The notes under the pieces: generated by a model | Databases searched by the model: none | What the model saw: only the letters and a program-made list of their open reading frames with translations | What the model was told of the DNA's origin: nothing | In this document: positions 48,256 to 57,688 of the stretch, piece by piece | Position numbering within the stretch: the stretch's first letter is position 1 | Layout: every line of letters begins with the position of its first letter | Source: Clostridia bacterium | GTDB lineage: Bacteria > Bacillota > Clostridia > Peptostreptococcales > Anaerovoracaceae | Assembly (NCBI GenBank): GCA_900754795.1 | Contig: CAAEEA010000081.1 | Location: 6,314-70,313, forward strand | Direction of reading: 5' to 3' | Length of the DNA: 64,000 nucleotides | Position numbers and translations under genes: made by a program

Positions 48256-48849
48256 ATGTGGACTTATGAAAGAAGACTTGAATATCCTATAAAGATCAAA
48301 AACCCCAATCCGGCTCTCGCCAAATTCATAATATCGCAGTACGGAGGTCCGCACGGCGAGCTTGGCGCGTCTTTGCGCTATCTGTCACAGCGCTGTTCCA
48401 TGCCGTATCGTGAGGTCGCCGGAGTTTTAAATGACATCGGCACTGAGGAATTGGCCCATCTGGAAATGATATGCGCCATCGTCCACCAGCTGACAAGGAA
48501 CATGACCATGGACGAGATAAAAGCCGCCGGTTTTGAAGACTATTTTGTCGACCATACGGCGGGAGTTTATCCTCAGGCTGCTTCCGGCATGCCTTTCAGC
48601 GCGGCAACCCTGGCGGTCACCGGAGACCCTGTAGCCGACATTTCAGAAGATATGGGTGCGGAACAAAAAGCGAGGCTGACCTACGACAATATCCTGCGTC
48701 TTGCAGACGATCCTGACGTTATTGATCCCATCCGTTTCCTCAGGGAGCGCGAGATCGTTCATTACCAGAGATTCGGAGAAAGTTTGAGATTCATTCAGGA
48801 TAAGCTGGACAGCAAGAATTTTTACGCTTTTAACCCGGCTTTTGACTGA
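48256..48849 (+). CDS. cotJC: Spore coat protein CotJC (manganese catalase family).
   Basis: GGPHGELGASLRYLSQR...EELAHLEM motifs. Confidence 0.9.
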   Translation: MWTYERRLEYPIKIKNPNPALAKFIISQYGGPHGELGASLRYLSQRCSMPYREVAGVLNDIGTEELAHLEMICAIVHQLTRNMTMDEIKAAGFEDYFVDHTAGVYPQAASGMPFSAATLAVTGDPVADISEDMGAEQKARLTYDNILRLADDPDVIDPIRFLREREIVHYQRFGESLRFIQDKLDSKNFYAFNPAFD

Positions 48850-48854
48850 CAGAA

Positions 48855-48878
48855 CGGCCGCCCCGGCCGGGGCGGCCG
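48855..48878. terminator. GC-rich hairpin between cotJC and a convergent small ORF.
   Basis: Perfect 10-bp stem CGGCCGCCCC-GGCC-GGGGCGGCCG. There is no clean T-run, so the termination function is uncertain. Confidence 0.4.
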
Positions 48879-48902
48879 GCAGCTGTGATATGTCTCTTCC
48901 TC

Positions 48903-48992
48903 TTAATACATCATATCGGCGATGTGCACCAGGGGAGCGCATACAAGCAGTACGGCGGCAAGCTCTAAAATACCTTTTCTTAACTTTTTCAT
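48903..48992 (-). CDS. Candidate 29-aa hydrophobic peptide (below the ORF-track cutoff).
   Basis: My translation: MKKLRKGILELAAVLLVCAPLVHIADMMY. RBS-like AAAGGGGAAATCGAA-ATG. An extended -10 TGTATAAT (49028-49035) lies upstream, just after the nuclease terminator. Confidence 0.35.
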   Translation of the reverse strand: MKKLRKGILELAAVLLVCAPLVHIADMMY

Positions 48993-49040
48993 TTCGATTT
49001 CCCCTTTCTTTTTTCTTTTATAAGGTCATTATACAGAAAA

Positions 49041-49064
49041 CACTGTCCTGAAATCAGGACAGTG
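49041..49064 (-). terminator. Intrinsic terminator after the nuclease gene.
   Basis: Minus strand: CACTGTCCTGA..TCAGGACAGTG followed by TTTTCTGT. Confidence 0.65.
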
Positions 49065-49085
49065 CCGGAGAAATTTTAATTTTTT

Positions 49086-50003
49086 TCAGGGCCGGCAGCT
49101 GCCGCACGGCTCAAACCCCTCTTCAATAAGGAATTCTCTCGTACCCCTGAAAACCTCTTTGTTTTTTTCCTTTATCGAGTCCACCGACGAACATTCCGGA
49201 AGGTGAAACTTGCCGCTGTTGGTGTTTATCACGTAATCGCGGGGTTCGGACCGAACTGTTCCTGAAGTCTCGTCTCCGGCTGAAGGTTCCGCGGCCCGGC
49301 GGCTTTCTCCAGTGGCATAATCTATTACCACTCCGGGCTGTATGTTGTAGACGAACACGTTAAAACACACTCCGGCTCCCGAGTCTTCCACAGAAAAGGC
49401 TTCCATTTTGACTCCTCTCGCTACCAGATCATCTCCTTCATATATCGGAGACACACGATAAAGGACGTGGTTTCCTGTCTCTCTGATATAATCCGCCACT
49501 TCATTTTCAAAGGGGAGCATACCCTCGACATTCATGTATCTTGTACCTGTTATCAGGTTCTTTTCGTTGGCGTTTTCTCCCGCCAGCTGAAATCCTATGA
49601 GATGACACCTGTTGTACAGATATTTGTCAGAGATCAGATCGTCATATCTTACGGTGTGCCATCCGCTCGGTTTTACCTGACCTATGCTGCCTCTTTCCTC
49701 ATCAGGCATGAGTTCCCTGCCGAGCAGCGCGAAAGCCTGTCCGCATCTTCCCAGGCTGTCAAGTTCACTGTAGTTTTCAAATACGTCCGCGCTGAGATCT
49801 TCTTCGGAAAATTCCGGCATATTGTCATTAAGTACGGTATATGCCTGCTGAGTGTCCGAAGCCGCCCGGGGCAGAGCCGACGAATCCATATAGGCGTCAG
49901 AGTAGGAAAGCTCTCCGGCGGCAGAGCATCCTCCAAAGGTAATTATCAGGGCCAGCAGCATCGCCGCCAGCGCCGCGGCCGGTCTGATCTTTGTTTTTAT
50001 CAT
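49086..50003 (-). CDS. Secreted/lipoprotein DNA/RNA non-specific endonuclease (DNA-entry nuclease-like) with a C-terminal Cys4 Zn module.
   Basis: Lipobox FGGC; NRCHLIGFQLAGENANEKNLITGTRYMN nuclease core; C-terminal FHLPECSS...CGSCRP. Confidence 0.75.
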   Translation of the reverse strand: MIKTKIRPAAALAAMLLALIITFGGCSAAGELSYSDAYMDSSALPRAASDTQQAYTVLNDNMPEFSEEDLSADVFENYSELDSLGRCGQAFALLGRELMPDEERGSIGQVKPSGWHTVRYDDLISDKYLYNRCHLIGFQLAGENANEKNLITGTRYMNVEGMLPFENEVADYIRETGNHVLYRVSPIYEGDDLVARGVKMEAFSVEDSGAGVCFNVFVYNIQPGVVIDYATGESRRAAEPSAGDETSGTVRSEPRDYVINTNSGKFHLPECSSVDSIKEKNKEVFRGTREFLIEEGFEPCGSCRP

Positions 50004-50203
50004 ATCCAGTCTCCTGATTCTGATGTCATAACATGACCGTCAAAGTCAAAAGCAAGAATCTTGCGACTCTTGCTTTTGCTCTATCGATGATCACACACTA
50101 TACGCGTTTTTCGTAAGACAAAATGATTCCGTCTTCCTTTGTTGTATAAAAAAACTTACCAAAACTGCGTACATGTATATTATAGACCATCTCCGAAAAT
50201 AAA

Positions 50204-51034
50204 TCAAGTTAACAGTTTATCAATTGACTCAAATTTATATCCCTTTTCCCTCCAGCCGTCTATCAGCTCTCCGAGTATTCTGGCATTGGTCTTTGACGTA
50301 CTGTGCAGCAGAACTATCGCGCCCGGATGTATCCTTTTATTTAGCAGATTAAGAGCCTCTTCCCGAGTAGGCTGATCATTTTCATACCAGTCTTCGTAGG
50401 CCAGGCTCCACAATACAGTGGTATAGCCCATATCCTGAGCCTGCTTCAGATTGTTCTCGCTGTAAACGCCCCGGGGCGGCCGGTAAAACTTCTTCATTTC
50501 TTTGCCGGTAACAGCCTTATACGCCTCCTCAAGTTCTGTCAGTTCCCCGCGGAACTCGTCTATATCGGCTATGGAGGCCATGTCCGGGTGAGTCATGGTG
50601 TGGTTGCCCACTATATGCCCTTCGGCTTCCATCCGGCGCAGGATTTCCGGCTCATCTTCAACAAAATTGCCCACCACAAAAAAAGCAGCGGGAACGTCTT
50701 TTTCCTTTAATACATCAAGTATATCCTCTGTATTTCCGTTTTCGTACCCCGCGTCAAAAGTAAGATATATGGTTTTGTCCCGGGCGCCTTTTTCGTCTAT
50801 ATAATACGCTCCGAACCGGCTGAGATAATCCGCCGGAGCGTTGCCTTCCGGAGGCGCCCCTTCTTCTCTGAAAGAAAGCCCCCAGCTTGTTTCCGTATCT
50901 GCCGAAACAGTTTCTGACCGCGCTTCTCCCGGGTCTATGGCGCCGTCTTCGTCAAGGGAAGTCAGTATGGCCGCCCACATTCCCATTCCGACCGCCGCGG
51001 CGGCGCAAAGGCTCACGATAAGATTTTTCTTCAT
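50204..51034 (-). CDS. Polysaccharide deacetylase (PdaA-like, spore cortex delta-lactam pathway type).
   Basis: YLTFDAGYENGNT...AAFFVVG...GHIVGNHTMTHP NodB motifs. Confidence 0.8.
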   Translation of the reverse strand: MKKNLIVSLCAAAAVGMGMWAAILTSLDEDGAIDPGEARSETVSADTETSWGLSFREEGAPPEGNAPADYLSRFGAYYIDEKGARDKTIYLTFDAGYENGNTEDILDVLKEKDVPAAFFVVGNFVEDEPEILRRMEAEGHIVGNHTMTHPDMASIADIDEFRGELTELEEAYKAVTGKEMKKFYRPPRGVYSENNLKQAQDMGYTTVLWSLAYEDWYENDQPTREEALNLLNKRIHPGAIVLLHSTSKTNARILGELIDGWREKGYKFESIDKLLT

Positions 51035-51079
51035 AAAAAAATCACCTCATAACAGAGTATGAGGTGGCTCCGGAAAATA

Positions 51080-52330
51080 TTATACGGTTTTGTTGCTCTT
51101 TACTTTCCCTACGGCGCATACGATCAGAACGGCGCCTGCTCCGGTCAGTACAGAGGAGATCATCAGCAGCGACGACGCGCCGCTGAGGTCGAGGATTACG
51201 CCGCCTGAAAGGCTTGCGAATATCGTTCCCACCGTCGTCATAACAGTATAGAGGGCCTGGCCTTTTACGGCTTCGCCTTTTTCCATTATCTCATCTATAA
51301 AGCAGACCATGGCCGGCAGGAATATTCCGAAAGCAGCCGGCTGGAAAAGCTGGGATATGTACACCATCGTGACGTTAGTCGCCACATACGCGCAGAATAT
51401 CTTAAGGAAAAAGCATATCGCCCCGACTTTGAGCAGAGTCTTGCAGGAAACCCTGCTGTGGATCCTGTCGAACATAAACAGCGCCGGGATCTCGAGGAAT
51501 GCCATGATTGAAAGTATCCTGCCCATGTCCTCGCTGGTTCCGCCGACGTTTTCCACTATCTGAAGCATAAAATTGTTGAATATGGAGTTGCTGAAAAAAA
51601 GTCCCACAACGCCCAGATTCACAAGGATAAAGAGCTTGTTTCGTTTTATAAATTTCGCGAAATTGATCTGCTCATTTTCGGGAATTTCTCCGCTGTCAGT
51701 TCTGATCGTTCCTTTTTCGGCGAAAACCGCGCCGGAAGCCTTTTCCTTTTCAGCCCTTATGGCGCAGGCGCGTTTAAAATGCCTGCCTGTTATCCAAAGG
51801 GTGAGAAGCATCATAACAAGTATTATCTCCCCCGTCACGGGCAGAACCTGGACTCCCATCTTTTCGGTGAGCGTTCCGAGAAAGGCGCAGAGGACGGAAT
51901 AGGATAAGGAGCCCATTGCTCTGTTTATTCCGAACTTAATCTCGTGGCCGCTCTCTTCGAGTTTAAAGGCCAGAGAATTAAACAGGGGCTGAAGGGCGGT
52001 ATCCCATGCCACGAGCATAATGAACACCACCGTCAGGGCGACGGAAGCCTCTTTCATTATAAATGAGAGGGCTGTCATTACCATCATAAACACCGTTATC
52101 ATCTCAGTCAGCCCTATGAGAGATATTTTTTCGGACCGGTCCGCTATATCAGCCAGGATAGGCTGTAAGAACACGGCCAGCACGCTTCCTACCGCGATTA
52201 TCAGACCGATATATGAATTTGAATAGCCTCTGCCCAGCAAAAAAGCCGAAGCAAAGCTCGCCACTATGGCATATGTCATCCAGTAAGTAGCGTGGATCGC
52301 GCCATATTCAACATTGAGTATTTTTTTCAT
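51080..52330 (-). CDS. MFS transporter.
   Basis: About 12 hydrophobic spans with a central loop. Confidence 0.75.
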   Translation of the reverse strand: MKKILNVEYGAIHATYWMTYAIVASFASAFLLGRGYSNSYIGLIIAVGSVLAVFLQPILADIADRSEKISLIGLTEMITVFMMVMTALSFIMKEASVALTVVFIMLVAWDTALQPLFNSLAFKLEESGHEIKFGINRAMGSLSYSVLCAFLGTLTEKMGVQVLPVTGEIILVMMLLTLWITGRHFKRACAIRAEKEKASGAVFAEKGTIRTDSGEIPENEQINFAKFIKRNKLFILVNLGVVGLFFSNSIFNNFMLQIVENVGGTSEDMGRILSIMAFLEIPALFMFDRIHSRVSCKTLLKVGAICFFLKIFCAYVATNVTMVYISQLFQPAAFGIFLPAMVCFIDEIMEKGEAVKGQALYTVMTTVGTIFASLSGGVILDLSGASSLLMISSVLTGAGAVLIVCAVGKVKSNKTV

Positions 52331-52351
52331 GTCTTTACCGGGTTGTACAAA

Positions 52352-53368
52352 TTACAAAAATTTTCTGAGATATTTTACCGTCCTGACCATCTGGGACACA
52401 TAGCTGTTTTCGTTGTCGTACCACGCGACCACCCTTACTTCGTAGATCTTCGTACCGCACCTTTCGGCAAGAGTCTGAGTAGCGTCAAACAGAGAACCAT
52501 ATTCCATCCCTATTATATCGCTTGATACAAGTTCTTCCTCCGTATATCCGAAAGCTTCATTGGCAGCCGCTTTCATGGCGGCGTTTATGCCTTCGGCGCT
52601 GACGGTTTCGGTCTCGTCTTTGAGGGTGGCGTCAAGTATGGTTATGGAGCCCGAAGGAACAGGCACTCTCTGAGCCGATCCTATGAGCTTTCCGGCAAGT
52701 TCCGGTATCACGAGTCCTATGGCCTTTGCCGCCCCCGTACTGTTAGGTACGATATTTATGGCTCCTGCTCTGGCTCTCCTTAGATCTCCCTTTCTGTGAG
52801 GTCCGTCCAGTATCATCTGGTCACCTGTATAAGCGTGTATGGTCGTCATAAAGCCTGTCCTCAGTTCTCTGTATTCATTGAGGACTTTTGCCATCGGCGC
52901 AAGGCAGTTGGTGGTGCAGGACGCAGTGGAAATCACATCGTCGTTTTCAGTCAGTATGTGATGGTTAGTGCCGTAAACGATAGTAGGCAGGTCGCTGCCC
53001 GCGGGAGCTGAGATCACCACTTTTTTTGCCCCTGCTTTTACATGGGCTGAGGCCTTTTCTTTTGAAGCAAAAAATCCCGTACATTCAAGCACGATATCTA
53101 TCCCCATATCCTTCCACGGCAGAGCCGAAGGATCTTTTTCCGAAAGGATCTTTATCCTCTTTCCGTCTACCGTTATGGAGCTGTCGTCGCTGGTAACAGT
53201 ATGTCCGGCGTAGCTTCCCTGAACACTGTCATATTTGAGAAGATGAGCCAGCATACGAGGCTCGGTCAGGTCGTTGATTGCGGCTATCTCAAAAGTATCG
53301 TCGGCAAAAAGCTGTCTGAAAGCAAGTCTGCCTATTCTTCCGAATCCGTTGATCGCGATCTTAGTCAT
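52352..53368 (-). CDS. gap: Type I glyceraldehyde-3-phosphate dehydrogenase.
   Basis: INGFGRIGR and [10 protein letters not shown] active site. Confidence 0.95.
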   Translation of the reverse strand: MTKIAINGFGRIGRLAFRQLFADDTFEIAAINDLTEPRMLAHLLKYDSVQGSYAGHTVTSDDSSITVDGKRIKILSEKDPSALPWKDMGIDIVLECTGFFASKEKASAHVKAGAKKVVISAPAGSDLPTIVYGTNHHILTENDDVISTASCTTNCLAPMAKVLNEYRELRTGFMTTIHAYTGDQMILDGPHRKGDLRRARAGAINIVPNSTGAAKAIGLVIPELAGKLIGSAQRVPVPSGSITILDATLKDETETVSAEGINAAMKAAANEAFGYTEEELVSSDIIGMEYGSLFDATQTLAERCGTKIYEVRVVAWYDNENSYVSQMVRTVKYLRKFL

Positions 53369-54408
53369 TGGTTAACCTCCGTCTGTAAAATTTTTCTTAG
53401 CTGTTCTATATCTCCGTCTGTCGTTGCCCAGCTGGTGGCAAACCTCACTACCGTGCGGTTTTCATCAAGCTTTTCCCAGAAGCTGAAGGCGACTTTTTCG
53501 CGGAGTTTTTCCAGTCTGTCGTTTTCAAGTATTATAAACTGCTGATTTGTAGGTGATTTCAGATAAAAATCATATCCGGCCTCTTCAAAGACGCTTATAA
53601 GCTTTTCAGCTTTATCTATGGCGTTGCCGCTTATCTTCATATAAAGATCGTCTGAAAAAAGCACATCAAACTGGATTCCCAGCACTCTGCCTTTAGCCAG
53701 CAGAGCTCCGTGCTGCTTTATCATGGTCTCCATATGCTTTGGCGCGTTGCCTCTCGGAAAAACAAGCGCTTCTCCCAAAAGAGCTCCTGCTTTTGTTCCT
53801 CCTATATAAAACACGTCGCACAGCTTCGCTATATCTTCGAGGGTTACATCCGTATGTCTGCTTGCCAGCCCGTACCCCAGCCGCGCCCCGTCCATATAAA
53901 GCGGAATCCCGTAATTTCTGCATATTTCGGATAATCTTATCAGCTCCTGTTTTGTATACAGCGTGCCGTATTCCGTCGGATGAGAAATATATACCATGCC
54001 CGGAAAAACCATGTGTTCATGGTTTCCGTCATCATAAAAATCTTTTATGTATCTGTCCAGTTCTTCCGGATCTATCTTTCCCATGTGTTCGGGCAGTGTC
54101 AGTACCTTGTGTCCCGAATACTCTATGGCTCCGGCTTCGTGGGTGTTTATATGTGAAGTTCCGGCGCCTATGACGCCCTCATAAGATCGTGTAAGCACAG
54201 ATATCACTATCTGGTTTGTCTGTGTTCCCCCGGCGAGGAAAAACACCTGCGCCTTAGGGCTTCCGCAGGCTTTTCTTATCTTTCTCACCGCCCTGCGGGA
54301 AAAAGCGTCAGCGCCGTATCCCGGCTGAGACTGATAATTAGTCTGCATCATTTTTTCAAATATCTTGGGGTGTGCCCCCATAATATAGTCTGACTCAAAA
54401 GAAAGCAC
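53365..54408 (-). CDS. Threonine aldolase / beta-eliminating lyase family PLP enzyme.
   Basis: [14 protein letters not shown]..., GGTQTN and GGTKAG (PLP Lys) motifs. I chose the GTG start at 54408, 8 nt after GGGAGGG; the stop overlaps the gap start (ATGA). Confidence 0.75.
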   Translation of the reverse strand: MLSFESDYIMGAHPKIFEKMMQTNYQSQPGYGADAFSRRAVRKIRKACGSPKAQVFFLAGGTQTNQIVISVLTRSYEGVIGAGTSHINTHEAGAIEYSGHKVLTLPEHMGKIDPEELDRYIKDFYDDGNHEHMVFPGMVYISHPTEYGTLYTKQELIRLSEICRNYGIPLYMDGARLGYGLASRHTDVTLEDIAKLCDVFYIGGTKAGALLGEALVFPRGNAPKHMETMIKQHGALLAKGRVLGIQFDVLFSDDLYMKISGNAIDKAEKLISVFEEAGYDFYLKSPTNQQFIILENDRLEKLREKVAFSFWEKLDENRTVVRFATSWATTDGDIEQLRKILQTEVNQ

Positions 54409-54531
54409 CGCGTAATCCCTCCCCCGTATTTTTATCCACAATAATAGGTATATCACATTTCAGCGAAAAATTAAAGACGGCAATTATATAATTATCCTCT
54501 TTACGCGAGATCCCCGGCTTATTTGACGATT

Positions 54532-55467
54532 TCAGCAAAGATCCCTCACGGTCAGAGTCTTCGCCGTCCTGGCCGCCTCGTCCATCTTTGCATGTCTGAT
54601 GTCCGGACTGTCGTAAGTCTTGTAATAATATATTCCCGCGGATGTATCTATACAGCATGAATATGTGGTGATATCATATCTGCCCTCCGCCGTGATTACA
54701 CACCCTCTTACCATTGCCACAGAATCAAGTATATGGAAAAACTGCGCCACCTGCGAGCCGTCATCTCCGCAGACAGAATGAGCCTTGCAGAAAGCCGCCC
54801 TGACAAAACGCGAGGCCGGCGACCAGTCTCCCGGAAGCCCTATGGCTCCCATTCCCTGCCCGTAAGGCTTCAGACCGTCGTGAGGTTCAGGATTGACCGC
54901 CGTAAGTCCGATATAATTGTTCATGTTCGCGGCGTGGAAAGGAAACGGCGGGTTGTTGGTGAGTACCCCGAACGGATTTTCATAAAGAGCCGTTCCCTCC
55001 GCCGTCTGTTCAAGAACCAGACATCTTTCCCTGTCGCTTATCATCCAGTGCAGTCCGGCAGGCGTCATCTGACGCGAAAACGCTTCGTCCGTGATGTTGA
55101 TACGGCGAAGGTGTCTCTCAGCCTCCCCGATCGACTCAAAATTGCCGAGAAGCCACGGGATCAGTTCAAAAGAGGCGATGTTCAGTTTATCAGGATCCGG
55201 TCTGTTATAAACGGCGCTGCCCGGAAAATACAGGCCCGCTATGCAAAGGCCTTTTTCATTGGCCGCTTCCGCGTAAAGAGGATATTCTCCGCCGCCGACC
55301 GCCGCCATCCCGATCATCGCGTAACCGGTATCAAATTCCTGTCCCGATCTCAGTTTAAAACCATATCCTCTCGGCGTGACCACAACTTTTTCCCCGAACC
55401 TGTATTCAAGGTCAAGATTACGTCCGAAATATAAACCGCTGTCTTTAAGTTCTATACATGTGCACAT
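54532..55467 (-). CDS. Choloylglycine hydrolase family Ntn hydrolase (bile salt hydrolase-like).
   Basis: MCT... N-terminal Cys2 nucleophile; FGRNLD, and NNPPFPFH... motifs. Confidence 0.85.
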   Translation of the reverse strand: MCTCIELKDSGLYFGRNLDLEYRFGEKVVVTPRGYGFKLRSGQEFDTGYAMIGMAAVGGGEYPLYAEAANEKGLCIAGLYFPGSAVYNRPDPDKLNIASFELIPWLLGNFESIGEAERHLRRINITDEAFSRQMTPAGLHWMISDRERCLVLEQTAEGTALYENPFGVLTNNPPFPFHAANMNNYIGLTAVNPEPHDGLKPYGQGMGAIGLPGDWSPASRFVRAAFCKAHSVCGDDGSQVAQFFHILDSVAMVRGCVITAEGRYDITTYSCCIDTSAGIYYYKTYDSPDIRHAKMDEAARTAKTLTVRDLC

Positions 55468-55592
55468 TTTTGCCTCCGTTCAGTCTCCCGGTACTATAGC
55501 CGCGATATATCGCCACATATATTTTATCACATTCGGCGACATATTGAAATTCCGCCTTTGAACTGATTATTTCCAAAAATCCCAAAAATATA

Positions 55593-55647
55593 TTGACACA
55601 GTGTCAGAACGGTGGTATAAATCAAATATAAGCTGACACTGTGTCAG
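55593..55647 (+). promoter_or_regulatory. Promoter with two copies of a 13-15-bp palindromic operator (probable TetR site).
   Basis: TTGACA (55593-55598), 17 nt, TATAAA (55616-55621). Palindromes TGACACAGTGTCA (55594-55606) and CTGACACTGTGTCAG (55633-55647). Confidence 0.6.
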
Positions 55648-55673
55648 AATAAATCAAAAAGGAGAGATAAGTC

Positions 55674-56141
55674 ATGAGTAAGACATTAGTAGCATATTTT
55701 TCGGCCAGCGGCGTGACCGCGGGCATAGCAAAAGAGATCGCGGAGGCTGTGGGCGCGGATATTTACGAGATACGCCCAAAAGATGCCTACACCCCAGCTG
55801 ATCTGAACTGGATGGATAAGCAGAGCCGCAGTTCTGTAGAAATGAATGATCCTGATTGCCGGCCGGCTATAGCTGAGCCCGTATCCGGCATGGAAGACTA
55901 TTCCACCGTTTTTTTAGGGTTCCCTATATGGTGGTATATTGAGCCGCGCATAGTGGACACCTTCATTGAAAGCTATGATTTTTCCGGCAAGACTATCATA
56001 CCTTTTGCCACTTCGGGAGGCAGCGGTATCGGTAAAGCCGAAAACAGCCTTAAAGCCCACTGTCCTGCCGCGAACTGGGGCAAAGGCCGGCTTCTCAACG
56101 GATCAGACGCGGCCGGCTGGGCAAAAAGTATGGTAAAATAG
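55674..56141 (+). CDS. Flavodoxin.
   Basis: LVAYFSASGVT FMN-binding N-terminus. RBS AAAGGAGAG. Confidence 0.8.
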   Translation: MSKTLVAYFSASGVTAGIAKEIAEAVGADIYEIRPKDAYTPADLNWMDKQSRSSVEMNDPDCRPAIAEPVSGMEDYSTVFLGFPIWWYIEPRIVDTFIESYDFSGKTIIPFATSGGSGIGKAENSLKAHCPAANWGKGRLLNGSDAAGWAKSMVK

Positions 56142-56154
56142 GAAAGGATACGTT

Positions 56155-57045
56155 ATGACAAAATCTAAAGTTTATTTTACAAAAGAAATAACTCCCGAAA
56201 AGGTAGTGGAGATCTATGAAAAATTAAATATTTCTCTTCCGGGTAAAGTCGCCGTCAAGGTCCACACCGGTGAAAAAGGCAACCAGAACTATCTTCATCC
56301 TGAGTTCTGGAAGCCGATAGCCGACAAGATACACGGCACCGTCGTTGAATGTAACACGGCCTACGGAGACGCGACAGTCGGCGTCCGCGACCATACGGAA
56401 TCCCACCTGAAGCTCCTTGAAGAACACGGCTGGACAAAATATTTTGATGTTGACATCATGGACTCGGAAGGGCCTGATCTCGTATGGCCCGTAAAAGGCA
56501 AAGTTCTGAGAGAAAACCATGTCGGCAGACATATAGCCGATTATGATTCAATGCTCGTGCTGGCTCACTTCAAAGGTCATCCGGCGGGAGGCTACGGCGG
56601 AGCTCTAAAGCAGCTTGCCATAGGATGCGCCTCAAGAGGCGGCAAAGCCCTTATCCATTCCGCCGGCAAGACAGACGACCGGTTTAAGACATGGGAAATG
56701 CACGCCGATAACGTGGCCTTTCCTGAAGCCATGGCCGACGCCGCCATGAGCATAGTCGAGCACTTCAACGGCAACATGGCGTTTATCAATGTGATGAAAA
56801 ATCTGTCCGTGGACTGCGACTGCTGCGCCGTGGCTGAAGATCCGTGCATGAAAGATATGGGAATTCTCGCCTCCCTCGACCCGGTCGCCGTCGATCAGGC
56901 ATGTATAGATCTCGTCGCCGGCTCTGACGACCCGGGTAAAGACCATTTCATGGAACGGGTGAACAGCCGCAACGGCATACATACCATTGAGGCCGCGGCT
57001 GAGCTCGGGTACGGCTCCAGAGACTATGAACTTATCGAATTCTGA
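56155..57045 (+). CDS. DUF362 domain protein.
   Basis: Family recalled from the N-terminal VAVKVHTGEKGN pattern and the internal CDCC motif; assignment is moderate. Confidence 0.55.
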   Translation: MTKSKVYFTKEITPEKVVEIYEKLNISLPGKVAVKVHTGEKGNQNYLHPEFWKPIADKIHGTVVECNTAYGDATVGVRDHTESHLKLLEEHGWTKYFDVDIMDSEGPDLVWPVKGKVLRENHVGRHIADYDSMLVLAHFKGHPAGGYGGALKQLAIGCASRGGKALIHSAGKTDDRFKTWEMHADNVAFPEAMADAAMSIVEHFNGNMAFINVMKNLSVDCDCCAVAEDPCMKDMGILASLDPVAVDQACIDLVAGSDDPGKDHFMERVNSRNGIHTIEAAAELGYGSRDYELIEF

Positions 57046-57055
57046 CTGAAAGGCG

Positions 57056-57688
57056 GTGGCGATGATGCCAAAAGGTTCGGAAGAACTGATTAACGCGAGA
57101 AAAGAAGAGATCATAGACGCCTGTGCGTCTTTATATGAAACGATGGGTTTCAATGAAATCACCATAAGAAGCATAGGCAAAAAGACTTCTTTTACCCGCA
57201 CTTCAATCTACAACTATTTTCAGACCAAGGAAGAAATCTTCCTTGGTCTGCTGCGGCGTGAGTACGAAGCATGGGCTTCTGATCTTGAGGCGATCCTCAG
57301 CCGCAAAATAACCACCACAGACATGTTTGCCGAAGAGCTCGCCCATACACTCGAAAAGAGAGAAACAATGCTCAGACTCCTGTCCATGAACCTCTATGAC
57401 ATGGAGGGCAACAGCCGCCTCGAAAATCTGACTGAATTCAAACTCGCCTATGCCGGTTCCCTGCGGGCTGTCTCCCGCTGCCTGGAAAAATTTTTCCCTT
57501 CAATGACGCGGGAAGACATACAGAGTTTCATATACGCTTTTCTGCCGTTCACATTCGGAATCTATCCTTACACTTCCGCGACCTCAAAGCAGAAAGCCGC
57601 CATGGAGGCGGCTCACATTGACCATGTGCAGTATTCCATCTTTGAACTCACGCGCTCATTCGCCGCGAAAATGTTAAAAGGATTTTAA
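57056..57688 (+). CDS. TetR family transcriptional regulator.
   Basis: HTH ITIRSIGKKTSFTRTSIYNYF. Confidence 0.85.
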   Translation: MAMMPKGSEELINARKEEIIDACASLYETMGFNEITIRSIGKKTSFTRTSIYNYFQTKEEIFLGLLRREYEAWASDLEAILSRKITTTDMFAEELAHTLEKRETMLRLLSMNLYDMEGNSRLENLTEFKLAYAGSLRAVSRCLEKFFPSMTREDIQSFIYAFLPFTFGIYPYTSATSKQKAAMEAAHIDHVQYSIFELTRSFAAKMLKGF

